Positions 1 through 13,701 of a stretch of DNA of 64,000 nucleotides are shown in pieces. The notes below the pieces were generated by a model. It was not told the origin of the DNA. It saw nothing but the letters and a program-made list of their open reading frames with translations, and did not search any database. Both the position numbers and the translations under genes were made by a program. The stretch lies in assembly GCA_012295275.1 (NCBI GenBank), contig CM022665.1, positions 31,744,001 through 31,808,000 of the forward strand, in the 5' to 3' direction. Origin of the DNA: Chrysomallon squamiferum (Eukaryota; Animalia; Mollusca). How positions within the stretch are numbered: position 1 is the stretch's first letter; every line of letters begins with the position of its first letter.

Positions 1-2888
1 AATCCCAGATCGTTGGTTCCATGATCTCAGTGGAATAATGACACATGGAACAATTTAAACAATTGCATGCTAGACAAAGGCCTGCCAGGGAATTATCATT
101 CTCTGCTTTCTCAAAGAACACTGAAAGGCTTCAGTAGCTAGGCAGACTGCAATCATTGGAGGGATTGTCTCAAGAAATACAGAGAACACTGACTGAAGAA
201 AATTAATTAATTCTCAGTTTAAAAATCAAAACTACAAATGAATAAATGGATGTATAAATAAATATTACATGCAATCACACAATATTTTAGAGTTAATATT
301 AATTATTCTTGCTGAACAACTAAATCAGATTAACTCAAATAAATAATATAAACAGAAGAAAAACTGAAGAAAAAAATTATTTTCTTTTTGTTTACTTTTT
401 TTTCCCTCCCTAATGTAAATTCTGACAAGACTGAAGATATTTTGCCTGAGGCAATTTAAGCAGTGAAACAGAAGATTGATAGCATCGTGTCTTGTTTTTC
501 ATAATACAGCATGATACTAAAGCACCTGATCAAATAGCAGTTTAACTCAATGAACATCTGTCTTAAATTGAAATAATGTTATATAGGAACATCTGAAGCA
601 CTGTTATATTTATGTTCATTTTCCCATTTTAATATATTTAGAGGAAAAAAATAAAAATAAAAAACTTATAATGAATGAACAAGTGTTAATATAGCAACTG
701 CTTAAAAACACTGTTTATAATTTGTTCTTGTTTTATTTTGTTTGTTTTTTTATATATTTTCATATGTGTCTGTGACAAATTATATAAATAATAATAAACC
801 CCCAAATTTACCAACACTCAAAAAAAAAAAAAAAAACATTAATAAAAAAAATTAAATTACGTAACACTTTTCTGATGTGTGAACCAAACATGCAAACAAG
901 CATTTAATTACTTTTATTTCTGCCTTTCTTTAATAATAGATTTGTAACAATAGCTTTCATGTTTAAATCACAATGTGGCAGATTGTGCTAGATTCTTAAC
1001 AAGAAAATGATGTACTGGTGCAGGTGATAATTTTTGGCTTAGGTGCAACAGTGATGCTTATTAACAATGGACTATTCTTCACTAAGATCACAAACTGTTC
1101 TTTGGCCCTGTAATTCAGTTCATTCCTTTGGTCTGTACACACTGTCAAAATACCTGCATCTGGGCAAGACTACACTAGGGAGGAAGAAGGGATGGGAAAA
1201 AAACAAATCCACATGTTTTGCATTTGGATATTTGTCAAGATTCATGGGATATGAGATCATGTGCTAAACTAAATTAAAACACATGAAGTTGTTTATTGCA
1301 TGTAAAGTATCTGGAGTAACTTTAATTGTATTTCATCAGTTAACCTTGGCCATGTGGATTCATGCCAGCTGTGAACCACTGATATATTTATTGTTGTTTG
1401 TTTGATTATCATTAATTGCTTGTTTTTCTTTTTTTATTTATCTACATCTTTTCTTCTTACAGTTAATACACTTTTTATTTTTGTTATTTTCAGTGCAATT
1501 TATCAGTTATCTCAAATATGGTAATTTCAATCTGCTATTTGGAACCAAATATGTATGCAGGATATAGATGAACTAAATATTTACAGGTGTGAGTAATTGT
1601 AAATAGATAAATATGTATTTTATGTTTTCTCACATCTAAAAGAAAAGAAAAGAAAAACATCAAGAATATTGTATTGAGGAAATGCATGCATTCTGAATTC
1701 TGGACAATTCTGGCAAATTGTTATGTCTACACTGATGGAATTGTAGTTTTTATTGATTGAACACAGATCTGGTGTGGAAATTAGCCCATTAGTCTGTGAG
1801 ACAGGCGGAACCAAGTGTCTCCCTCACCAAGTGGCTTGTCAAGCGTGCCACACTGAATTACCACTTCATGTAATAAACCAAGATTTCCAAATACAACCCA
1901 TCTCCTTTTTCCCTTGTGTAACAACTACATCAAGAGAAAAATTATGAATAGTGTACTTGTAGAATACAGTTCAGAAATGTAATATCCCTTCTGTTCCCAA
2001 GAGAATGAAACAAATAGATAAAATTAATTTTTAAAATAATGTTGTTTGTTTGTGTGTTTTTTTACTCTTTGATAGAGTGAAAATATATTAATTACAATAA
2101 AAATAATGATTTAAAACTTTCGGATTTATGGATGTTTAAATATCAATATGACATTGTTTAAGAGGAAATATATATATTTAATTTGCATTTTGAACAATAA
2201 TTATTTTAATAATATAAAAAATATTCTGGACTATTTTTATTATATTTTAATATTTACTGAAAATAATTTGTGCAAATGTTAATTTGGTGATGTTTGTTTA
2301 TTTTGGTTTTGGTTTTTTTTACGTGTGAATGTTTGTATTATTTTGAATACAGTATGTAAGATGTCATGAAAAAGATAATGTAACTATGTAACTATGTTCA
2401 GTTTAACCTAAATATTATAATTTAATGGCTAAAATGCATTTCTCTGAATTTCGTTTCCTTTTTAAATATAAAAGATAAAGAAAAAAGGAATAAGAAATGT
2501 AATAAACAACTATGACAGGTAATTTCCTGTAAAGGATAAAGATTCATCCTGCAGAATAAAAATCTTTTTGTCATATTCTCAGATTGTAAGGCAGATTAAA
2601 GGAAATACATGAAAACATTTCATACTGCTGTGTAAAATAAAGTGCATTTCAAGTAGTGTGGAAATCATGTTATAGTTCAAAGAAACAGGAATTAATTTCA
2701 TCACATTTTTTATTTTTTATTTTTAAAAATCAATGAAAGATTATTTTCAAATAATTTGTTATGATTATCAAAATATTTTAGTGAAAAAAACAACAACAAC
2801 AAAATATTTGCATAAATGATATATCATTGTCCCTACTTCTAATAATAATTTGTTTTGTTTTTTCAAATTAAAAGTTTTGGAATTTTAC

Positions 2889-2953
2889 CTGCTTGGCACG
2901 CCTTGTAATTGATGCTGTAAAGATGGGTACCTATCAATATGACTCGTGTTGGG
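2889..2953 (-). CDS. SAMD5: SAMD5/SASH1-like gene, coding exon 4 (65 nt, phase 0-2); gene continues beyond the window's left edge
   Basis: ctttgtag|CCC...AG|gtaaaa. Encodes PNTSHIDRYPSLQHQLQGVPS; retains CpGs, unlike the flanking intron. No convincing phase-2 exon found in 1-2888. Confidence 0.68.
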
Positions 2954-3865
2954 CTACAAAGAAATTGAAAATATATGAAAGTATCTGTTATCATAAACAC
3001 ACTTGATATTGATTAAGTAGAATAAATTTTGATGATGAATGTGTTTTGGAAATTTAATTTTTTATTATTTTTTAAAACCTCCCCAGTTACTAACACAAAT
3101 ATATGCATTATTATATTATTAGACTTGGTAAATCTTGTTTTTAAATTTTTGTAAGTGCTTCTCTATAGGTCACTTGGGTGGCCTCTATGTGCAAGTCTAA
3201 AAATGTAACAGGTCACTGCAACAATCTTTGTTGTTTTAGTCCAGTAAACACGTCTGTTACTAAAGACCACCAGGCAAGAAGTGATGGATGGACCAATTCT
3301 GCAAACTAGATCAGTCAGCCATTGTTTGTTTACACAACACAACATTAACCTCTACTTGATCTACATGATGATAGCAACAGGAAAACTGAGTGACAGCCAA
3401 GTTCATTATAAAAGAATGAAGACATTACTTATAACAAATAATTAACCAGCAATATCCTCTAAAACTGCATTGTGTACTGAACTAGAATATATAGAATAAT
3501 ATACTAAATGTAACATAAATTATTTTCAGTGACATAATATTTTTATATTAGCAGTTCTTTTTTCATAAAACATGTATTCACTAGGTTTCACCAAATCCTT
3601 CCAGTATCAGTTTACTTCTACATGAAAGAAGACCCACCCATAATGATACATTTAATATTGAAAAAGTGTTAATTAACACACAAAATTTTTCTAAGTGGGC
3701 TTTTATTTACATATAGGACATGGCATTCCCAAGAGTTCTAACAAAACACAGAAATTTTAATCCCATCATTTATTAATTAAAATCAGTAATTGGACATTTG
3801 TTTTAACCATAGTAAAGTATCACATTAAACCTAATCAGTAAGCAGCATGTCGTATATGAACTTAC

Positions 3866-3964
3866 CGGTAAACATGATGGCAATGGTGGTGGGCAACCTC
3901 GAGGAGAAAACCCATAATGATTGGACCCACCATAGATGCTATGCATTGGACTTCTACAGAGAGT
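3866..3964 (-). CDS. SAMD5: SAMD5/SASH1-like gene, coding exon 3 (33 codons, phase 0-0), proline-rich
   Basis: tttccag|ACT...CCG|gtaagt. Encodes TLCRSPMHSIYGGSNHYGFSPRGCPPPLPSCLP with no stops, phase-compatible with its neighbours. Confidence 0.78.
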
Positions 3965-5311
3965 CTGGAAATAAAAAAATTATAAAAATAAAATACATAA
4001 CTTTACATATTTTTTTTTTTAATTTTACTAAGAATATATGTAACAGAAATGTATAGATACTACTATATATGAAAACAAAAGAAAAATGTATTAAAATTAG
4101 AAATAGCAGCATTTCACTATTTCTTACTTTTTGTACATATCTTTAAATTATTAGTATCTTTATTAATCTACTGAATGTTTTTCCTCATTAATGCAAATAC
4201 AAACTGCCTAGCATGAAGTATTCAGGTTTGTGAAATTCAAGATCAGTAAAACATATAAAGATAATAAACATGTTATCCTTCAGTAAACTGCCAAACACAG
4301 CTGACCAGACAGCCCATTATCTTCAGCTATTATTTGGTACTGTTCCAACCACACCAAATAAACTTCATTTAACAAACACACTGCAAGTTATCACAGTATC
4401 AGATCTACTTAAATACAGGTATTCCAACTGTTTGTGTATTTTTCAGTTAGACCTGACAAAAAAAGTGAAAAAGGCAAAGAAAAATACTGATCTAAAGATT
4501 GACTTTACTTACTTGTTTTCTCTTCTTTAAAAAAAAAAAAAAATTACATTCTATACAGTATGCAAATAAATGTTTTTTTTTTTTTAATTTTGAAAAACAT
4601 TTTTATTAGAAATTATATTATTGACTGTAATTACGCTTAATCTGGATGCTATAAATTCTGATATATTTAATCACTCTTCAGAATAAACAGTGCCACATAC
4701 TTGCTTCCTTAGTAATATAGTTATAGATACTTGTATTAGCTTGGTTGGCAAGTGGGCCAATTAAGACAAGAGAAGTACAATAAGGTGGCTATATTTCACA
4801 CAATCAATGAACTAAGGACACGAATCAATAAAAAATAATTACAAAACACTGAATAACCATTCTCACTTTCCAAGCAATTTGCACAAGACAATAACTCACA
4901 TTATTAATTCATGAATTAGAGAATAAAGCAGTCAGAAAAGACAAAGAGTTAAGATAATAAATAACCCATTAATTAAAGCAGAATGAGATGCATATGAACA
5001 TACTTCTTTCTAAAGTCTTCTGTCTGAACATACACTTAAATTAATGATGGACATCAAAACAGATTAACTATTCTATTTCTACTGTCCTGTTTTAACAGCT
5101 GTATATCAAATTAAAATTTAATTATAATCATCTGACAATAACGAATAACAGATTTTTAAAATTTGTTAAAAAGATATAGTGTACCATATAAAATTCATTA
5201 TTTAATTACAGTAATTTTTTTTGGCCTTGTGGAAGAAGTATGTATAAAACTGTCTAAAACAGATGAATCTGAATGTCTTTCATAATCAGAACAATAATAA
5301 AATCATTTATA

Positions 5312-5343
<32 letters not shown>

Positions 5344-6000
5344 CATTTTTTTAATATTTATTTATTTATTTATTTTCTATTTTTTTGTTATCTACATTTC
5401 TTCTATTTATCATAATAAAATACACATCCCTCTTTTGGAAACAATTTATTTTCAGCTGTTGTTAAGTATGCAAATTTAAACAGATTCTCTTTTCTGAAAG
5501 TTGCTTTAACAGCTGCATGGCTTCAACAATCTGAACATCAAATGTTCCACTAATTAACAGCACTTCTTTAGAATATGAAAACAGAAAACAATTTAAACTT
5601 GCTGTTATAAACAGCAGCTTATGCACAGACAACCACACTTTTTAGAAACTAAAGAACAGGTGTATGCTGATAAGGAGTATGTTCTGTCTGCATGGCAAAC
5701 ATAAATGCTTTTATGCAGTGTCTTCAAAACATATAGTATAGTTAGTACAAATAATTTCAAATAACTTTTTCTCTGTTCTTATGACCCTCTTCCAATTTAG
5801 TCTCAGCACTGTTTTCTTCCTTGCTTCTTAACCTTTTGTTTTTTTCCTAATGCTATACATACATCCTGTTTTACTTTATTTGTCATAATGCTAAATGATT
5901 TAATTTGTGTAAAAGGTACTGTCTATCTTCTTTGGTCTTGTTCATTACAATGAAAACTAAGAAATTTTTCTATTTATTTTTGTAGAAAATATTTACTAAC

Positions 6001-6135
6001 CGTGAAGTTGTCATATTCCCTTGCTAGATGCCACAACTCTTCTAGTCTGTCCCACACATCTGCAAAATGTGTTTTTAACTCACTGGCATATTTGACTGCC
6101 AAGGCTGTGAGGCTGCTTTGACAGAGAGAAAAATC
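6001..6135 (-). CDS. SAMD5: SAMD5/SASH1-like gene, coding exon 2 (45 codons, phase 0-0)
   Basis: tttgtag|GAT...ACG|gttagt. Encodes DFSLCQSSLTALAVKYASELKTHFADVWDRLEELWHLAREYDNFT, in frame with exon 1; resembles the SASH1 N-terminal helix (DGSLG..LAQQYA.YYNT.FSDVCERMEELR, from recall). Confidence 0.85.
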
Positions 6136-9100
6136 CTACAAAGACAAATAATGATAATAAATAAATAAATAACAATTAAAAATAAAATAATAAATAAAAT
6201 TATTAAATCTAAACTAATTCTTACTTTACAATAATGTCATGAATGAAATAATTTGAAATAACCTGTCTTAAATATACTGTCTTGCTACAGTGAAATTATT
6301 CATGACATATATGACAAAATGTATAATGCAAACAGCAAAGTCTGTAACAAAATTATAAACTCAGCTACTTTAATGTATTTCTCACTCATTTCACTAAAAG
6401 CAATAAATATCTCCATGCTAAAGGGTCAGAGTAATAAAAATATCATTCCAAGTAAAATATATCTTGTATCTTTTCATCTGAAAGCAATAAAATGTATGTA
6501 CCATACAGGCAGGTCCTTTCACTTTCTATGTACAAAATATAAATATGTACATGGACAATGATGAGTATTTCAATATAAATAACAAACTGTCATTAAACAT
6601 ATTTGATGTGTATTTACAGATATACAAAACAATATAAAATAATGTACTTTAGAATAAGTAACACTAAAATGACCTGTATCAATAAGTAAAAAAAAAACCC
6701 AAAATACAGAAACAACTCACAATAAACTTATTAAATACGCAAACAACTGATTCATTCACAAAACAATTTAGAATCAACTCTAAAATAATAGTTAATACAG
6801 AAATATTAAACCTATTGAAACTTATTTCTTTTTCCATTTCAGTTACCATGATAAAATCAAATCTCTTGTGGTCAGAAGTATCAGATAAAAGATTAAAATA
6901 CTCAATTATGAACATGTTGCAAGGCCATTATAATTTGATTCAATAGAGACAACTTAGCTGAATGACATCCCTAATCAAGACAAGTACCACAGATAAAGAA
7001 ATAATTCTGTATTTACAAAGAACGTGGAAAACAAAGCTTTATGTTATCTGCCCAGATGTCCACTGAAGGATTTGCTTGACACTACAAGCCTGAAGCTCAT
7101 ATCTCATCTAGACATGGATGTCTAACATCTCACAGAATGGTGTTCATTAACAGTTGTTTGACAAGTCATGGAAATATTGATTTGGTCAACTTACAGCTGC
7201 TTTAGAGAAGAATAGAATTAACACTGTGGTGCTTACATTTTCATTAAGCATATCAGAACAATGCATTTAACCAAAATATTCTGTATTTGTTGACATATAC
7301 AGATTCTAAAAGGTATTATTTTTCTATTATTATAATCATACAGGTATGCTTCTTTTAATATGATTAATTTATTGATATATAATTATTTTTATCATTTAAA
7401 AACATTTAAAAGTTTCATGCAATTTATTTTTTATTCTGTTTCTACATCAAATATGTTGGCAATTTACCAGGTAAGGTATGCATACACAGTCAAAACATAC
7501 ACTGTGCTTTTGAAGAACAGATGTTAATGGCAGTAAATGGATTATTTTATATCTTGCTATGTTTTTTATTTATATGTAAATTGCCCATTTATTTCAATAT
7601 TATTTTTATTTTCAACATCAGTGATATTTTACAGAATGAAAATTAGCAAATGTGATCAAATTATCTGCATCATTTTTCACCTCTACACGTTTATTTAGGT
7701 GTCATGGTGCAAACAATGCAAAAATAGGTATTTGGTAGAGTATATTTCAGGTAGAACAAATTTCATACGAATGGTCCCAAAATGTTAAAATAACAAGTAT
7801 ACTTTGTTTTGTATCAGAATATGAAAACATATTTTGGCAAAAATACCTTTCAATAGCTGTCTTGTTTTCAAATAATTTTTTGATATATATAATTATTGAT
7901 GATTTTGATAAGTATTTATAACCATATTGTTCAACTGTTCTGTGTTCACAGCTGTCAGAAAAGTACTGGTTAGATATGTTCACTGAATATAAATGTGTCC
8001 TTATATTTTTCTATGGCTGATCCATTAATTTGTAAGACTAAGAGGCATTAAAATTCAATATAAATGTTATGTCAACTGTCTTTCGAGAATATTATCACAA
8101 TATAGCTTTCATTTTATGCACCTATAAACTGCACACAACAAGATGTGTTTTAGAGATTTTATAAATAAAATACTCTTACATATTATTTAATATGCCATTT
8201 ACTTCTGATTGCCAAAATTTGAATAATTTAATAAACAATCTGTTATTGTTATTTTTGGATTCGTATTGTTTTCCTTAAAAGTTATGTTTAAACAAATATT
8301 TTAATAAAAATGTATATTATGGACAGGTTAGAGATTTTCAGTTTAATCATTTTCTTTCTTTTGAATATTATCTTTGTGATATGTAAACATGTGCATTAAA
8401 ACATATTATTAAGAATGCTTGAAAGTGGTTTATAAGTTAGACAAATATTTTGAATATTTGTTATTCAGCTGCTGAATGGCAGAAGATTTAATCTTTCTTT
8501 TCTTAACCATAACTGTTTAGTTAATAATACATGATATTCCGTTCCAATTATGAACCTGGTTTCACAAATCACTGACAACTATTTTTTTATTCAAATTTCA
8601 AGGCTCTGTATCAAAAGATTGAAAATGATATCTTTGTTATTAATTATGGGTGGGTATGTTGTTTTTTGTTTGTTTGTTTTGTGGTTGTCGTTTTTTTGGT
8701 TTTTCCATTTTTCTATTACTAACACTAAATGTACTATTTACTCACGGTTCAATAAATTTTAATAAGGTTTCATACTTATTTTATAGCAGTTATTATTTAA
8801 GCCTCTTGATCTAGTACAATTCAGAATGATGATTTCTTTCATCACAATTTTACTGAATAGTTATTTGGTCACTGAATGGTTCAGCGTAAAACACATTTAA
8901 TAAACCATAAATTTACTTCCCTCTATTGATCTTTATTAATGAAGTAAAAAAGCACCAAGGATTCTGTTCATGTCTTACACGTACAGTGACCTCTTTCTTG
9001 AGATCCACCATCAGAAAGAAAACAAGATGTCATTGCTGCTTGCCAAGTTCTGCTGTATGATGATTACAAATCAATCCATTTATTGACATCACAGATCTCA

Positions 9101-12100
9101 CTATATTGGTGAACTCACAACAAGCAAGGACCATTTATCAAACTTGTTGAGAACTACATCAATATTTCTTTTCAGAAAGGTTAACCATGTAAACTGAACT
9201 CAGAATACTTACAAAGCTATGAATAGATTTTAAAATGTCATTAATTTTCTTACAGTACCAAAAGCACATCATTAAAAATGTAATGTTGAATAAAAAGAGA
9301 ACAGTTATCAGAATGTAAACAGATATTTATGAGAAAGTATATTCATGTTAATATAAGATACTTTATGTAAATAATTATGTTGATGGTAACATGATTTAAT
9401 GTTGTATATTACAAATAAACAACTGATAGATACAGCCAGTGTATACTGAATCAGTGCCTTTACTCTGTTTCACAAAGTGGGTGAGTAAAATAAATACCCC
9501 CAAAACCCCACCAACTCCAACCCTCCAAAAATCCAAACAAACAAATCCTGTTATTTCTAAATATATACAAAACACATTAAATTTACAACTGTTATTTGAT
9601 CTGAATATCCACATTTATTGTTTGATGGTGGCTAGCCTTTGCTTACTAAATCCTAAAACAAACAACTTTAAATCTGCCCTTTGTGGAGTACCACAACACA
9701 GTATGTTTGGAACCTTTTGGTAAACAGATAAACATGAGCATAGCACCATTTACATAAAAGCTACATGGCACACACTGCCAATATTTGCTTCACTGATTTG
9801 AATGGCTTCAATCAGAGAATGGTAAAGTCCATGCCTTGGACAAAGTGTGATTTGACTTCTTCTGCCCATAACTTGGAAGTGGCATTGTCAATAGAACTCG
9901 GGAGTTTCAGAGTGAACAATCTTTATAATTATTAACCAGATTAGTAGTCATTACTTCATTTAGTTATCATAACATTCAGTATTTTTTTTATTATTATTGT
10001 TTTGTTTTGTTTTGTTTGTTGTTTTTGTTTGGGTTTTTTAACCAATGTTTTAGTTTCATTACTAGCTACATATTTCTATGAAACATTATATAAACCTTTC
10101 ATTATAATGAATCTCAAAAATTATAATTATTTTGTATTACTCTCTTTATTTATAATATTAAATACTTTTCTTAAACAGCTAATACAATAATTTTACTAAA
10201 TTCATAGCCATATTTCATTTCTTTTAATTGTTTTTCCTTTTTTCCTTTTTAACATGTTACTGTAATTTTTTGATATTCTTTTAAAGATGTAAATATGCAT
10301 TAAGTAAAATGCTTATTAAAATATTTTAGATATTTAAGAAATATTATTAACAAATAAATGCCTTTTAATATTAAAGCTTAAATGCAAATGTTAAAAGTAA
10401 AAAGCATTTGAACATCTGTAATAAAGTTTTTAGGAATTTGATACAAATAATGACTTGCTCAAGTGAACTGAGAAACATGATCCATTTCTTATGTACATGT
10501 AGTATTATTTATTGACAAAAGTTTACAACTGATTGCACCAGAATGAAAATTCCAAAACACTTATAAACCCCGAGATGTCATATTAGGTATCTCTACAAGT
10601 GAGTATTCATAAAAAGTCAATTGTCAAGACATACATTATTCAGTCAATCCTGTTAAGATATTCATGTATCAAACATTTGTTTGTATACAGTAAAATGATA
10701 CTCAGTCACAGGACAAGAACATTAACTACAACATTATTATATAAAAATTGCTTGGAATTATTATTATTATTATTATATTCAAATATTTACTTTATTTTTA
10801 CATTAAAAAAAGAATAAGAATAATACCAATAAAGACTATAGTCCACTAACATAATTTATAAACCCACAGAAATACAAAGCTTTCTGGAAGAAACAGACAC
10901 AATTTATTATAGTACATTTGTTTAACAAAATCCAACAGATGTCATCAATCTTAAGAAAGCCAACCTGTTTTTGTTAACTGTATTTTTATCATTATCATTT
11001 TTTATTTTTGTTTGTTTATTTCTTTTCTTCTTTTTTTTTTTCTTAAAAAAAAGAAAAAGAAAAAAAGAAAGAATAGAAGTGGAAAAGAAATAGTTCTGTA
11101 ATGTACAATTACTGTGTTTTCTATGACACCAGGTGACCTTCATGAATCTATGGAAGACATGTTTTCTTTACATCTTTGACTAAATCATGAGCCTGAATGC
11201 ACAAGATACACAAATGTGAAGAATTAGTGAAACCAATAACTTGTTTAGGCAAAACCTGAACAGCTCCCAGTTGCTTGGTGTTGATAGTGAGGCTTCATGT
11301 GAAATACAAACAAAAAAATTGATAACATCAAAGGAAAATATTTGGGTACAGTATTTGGGTATCAAGATAAAATAATTCATTGTTTTCTTTTACTTTTAAG
11401 TGCTGCAGTGGGATTAATTTACAATAGACTGTAAGTGTATTGTTCATGTAAAGTAAATACATGACAGTCTGTTTTTAATAATAGTCTTATTGTTATTACA
11501 TGGTGTGATTATACTGCAACATAAATATATTTAACAAACCATGACTGATTACAAAATAATTTATAATCATAATGACATTAAATCCAAATGAAACAGCTAT
11601 ACCACCATGATGTAACAATAAGATTAGTTTGTAACTTCTTTACACTGAATAAATAATCAGTATTTTTATGTTTTTGTGATATTACTAAGTAAGAATATTC
11701 TATAACGTGATTGATTGCTTAACAGTAAATATTGCACTGAATAAAATTAATGTTCACTGGAATGATCACTGAACGCTTCAACCATGTACTACTTTCTCCA
11801 CCCTGAACATTAACAAGATATCATACTCATTATGTTTTAAATAAACAAAAGAATTTAAAATACAAAAGCCTGTATGTTTCAGTAATCCATTTCCAACAAT
11901 TTGATGGATCTGTTCATAAGAAAAAGAAAATAAAGAGAAAACAGAGGTTCACATTTTAATTCCATACAAAACTGGTATGAGTTTTAAGTGTTGGCTTTAT
12001 CCTTTTTGGGGGCTTGGACTTGAAAGAGATTATTATTCCATTAACCTATGGCTAACTTAACCATGTTTGTAACAGACAAACTGAAATCTTTAGCTATATA

Positions 12101-13668
12101 TAGTGTTGTCTGTTAGACTCTAACTTAATATTCAGAAAGCTGACTGCTGAACAGTTTAGTGATCATATTCCCAAATGGGCATCACATGATTGAAAACCAA
12201 TCACCCATAAAGACCTTGAGCTCTTCACTTGATGACCCATTACACTGACCATTACACTTTATATCCACTGCTTCATAACACTTCCATCAAAACCAGCCTA
12301 CATTAGGTATTTGCTCATAAAGTAGTATCATTATTATTTTAACATTAACTGAACCAAAACATACTGAACTATTATTTACTGAGTGTCTTATAGTATTTAT
12401 GAAAGAGATACTATAAAAATGTCCAGTACTCCATTACTATTAACTGAATACTATAATTCTAGTTCAAATATTTAAAAGATGTGTTTATGTGTGTGAATTT
12501 ATTTCCAAAAACTACAAAAAAAAAAAAAAAAAAAAAATTTGGCCGCTTTTTTTTTTAAAGACCAGTATATTAATTAAAAGTGTTAATTGTAATGACAGAA
12601 ACTTTTTAACAATTTAATCTACACTCTTAAATACAAATTATTATAATAATTACCAGGTCTATATTTTTGTTTTTATACATCATTTTGCTTTCTGAAGATT
12701 ACTACCAATTCATAAAATAGAAGAAAAAAAACCCCTGCACATGTACATTTCTTGATTCAAAACAATAATGCGCTTTGTCTTTGATTAAAATAAAATTAAG
12801 ACTTATACTTTCACCACACAAATGAACTGTATTATAATGCTATACTTAGGAAAATGTTTCTTTTTTTAACTTGCCTTTTCTTTCAATAATAAGTGAACTA
12901 TTTGTGGGGTTTTTTTTCCTACTGAAGACAAAATCACTTTATTACCTGCAGATACCAACTGTCTTCACTGTGCTGGTGTGATAACATGTGTTAGTAATTC
13001 TGAAAGTGAAGATCAGTTTATTACCTGCTGACACTGCTTACAGCCACTATAAACCAGATAATGCAGCTGTGTACAATGGCTGCAGGTTGTAAGTCAAAAT
13101 AGCAATTCAACAAAAAGAATTACCTGAACAAAATTTATTAGAGCAGCTTAATGGAGAAGGTGGTCATTATTATTATTATTATAAAAAATTAAAATGCACT
13201 GCTTGATACCTTGTAATTTATATAAAAATTTAAACAAAACATACCATATATGCATGCCATAACAAATATGAATTAAAGACTATTGCAATATATCTAAAAT
13301 ACATAATGGAATTAAAATGTTTTGAAGACTGGTTACTTTTTATTTTTGAGTTATACATGCAGTTTGATTTTTGTTCTGTTTTGCTAGTTGAAATGTTCTG
13401 AATAAACAAATAAATAAATATGAATAAATATAATAGTTAAGTCTGTGTTTAAAACTAAACATTTATAAATCAAATAAGCTTGATCTTGTATGAAAACAAA
13501 AAGCTGTAACAGCCATACATCAACATATAAAACCCACATTTTAAGACTATCATGAATGAGAAAGTGCAGATGTATTACGCACAAAGTATCAAGTTTTTTG
13601 CTATTTCAACATAGATGGAATATTTTGTTACAGTGCATATATATATTACATATAATGGGCTTTAAAAA

Positions 13669-13701
<33 letters not shown>

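Noticed and set aside
1828-1925. Minus-strand exon-like segment (LLHKGKRRWVVFGNLG...) as the next SAMD5-like exon
   Set aside because: Open only in phase 0, whereas exon 4 ends in phase 2; the phase-2 reading hits a stop.
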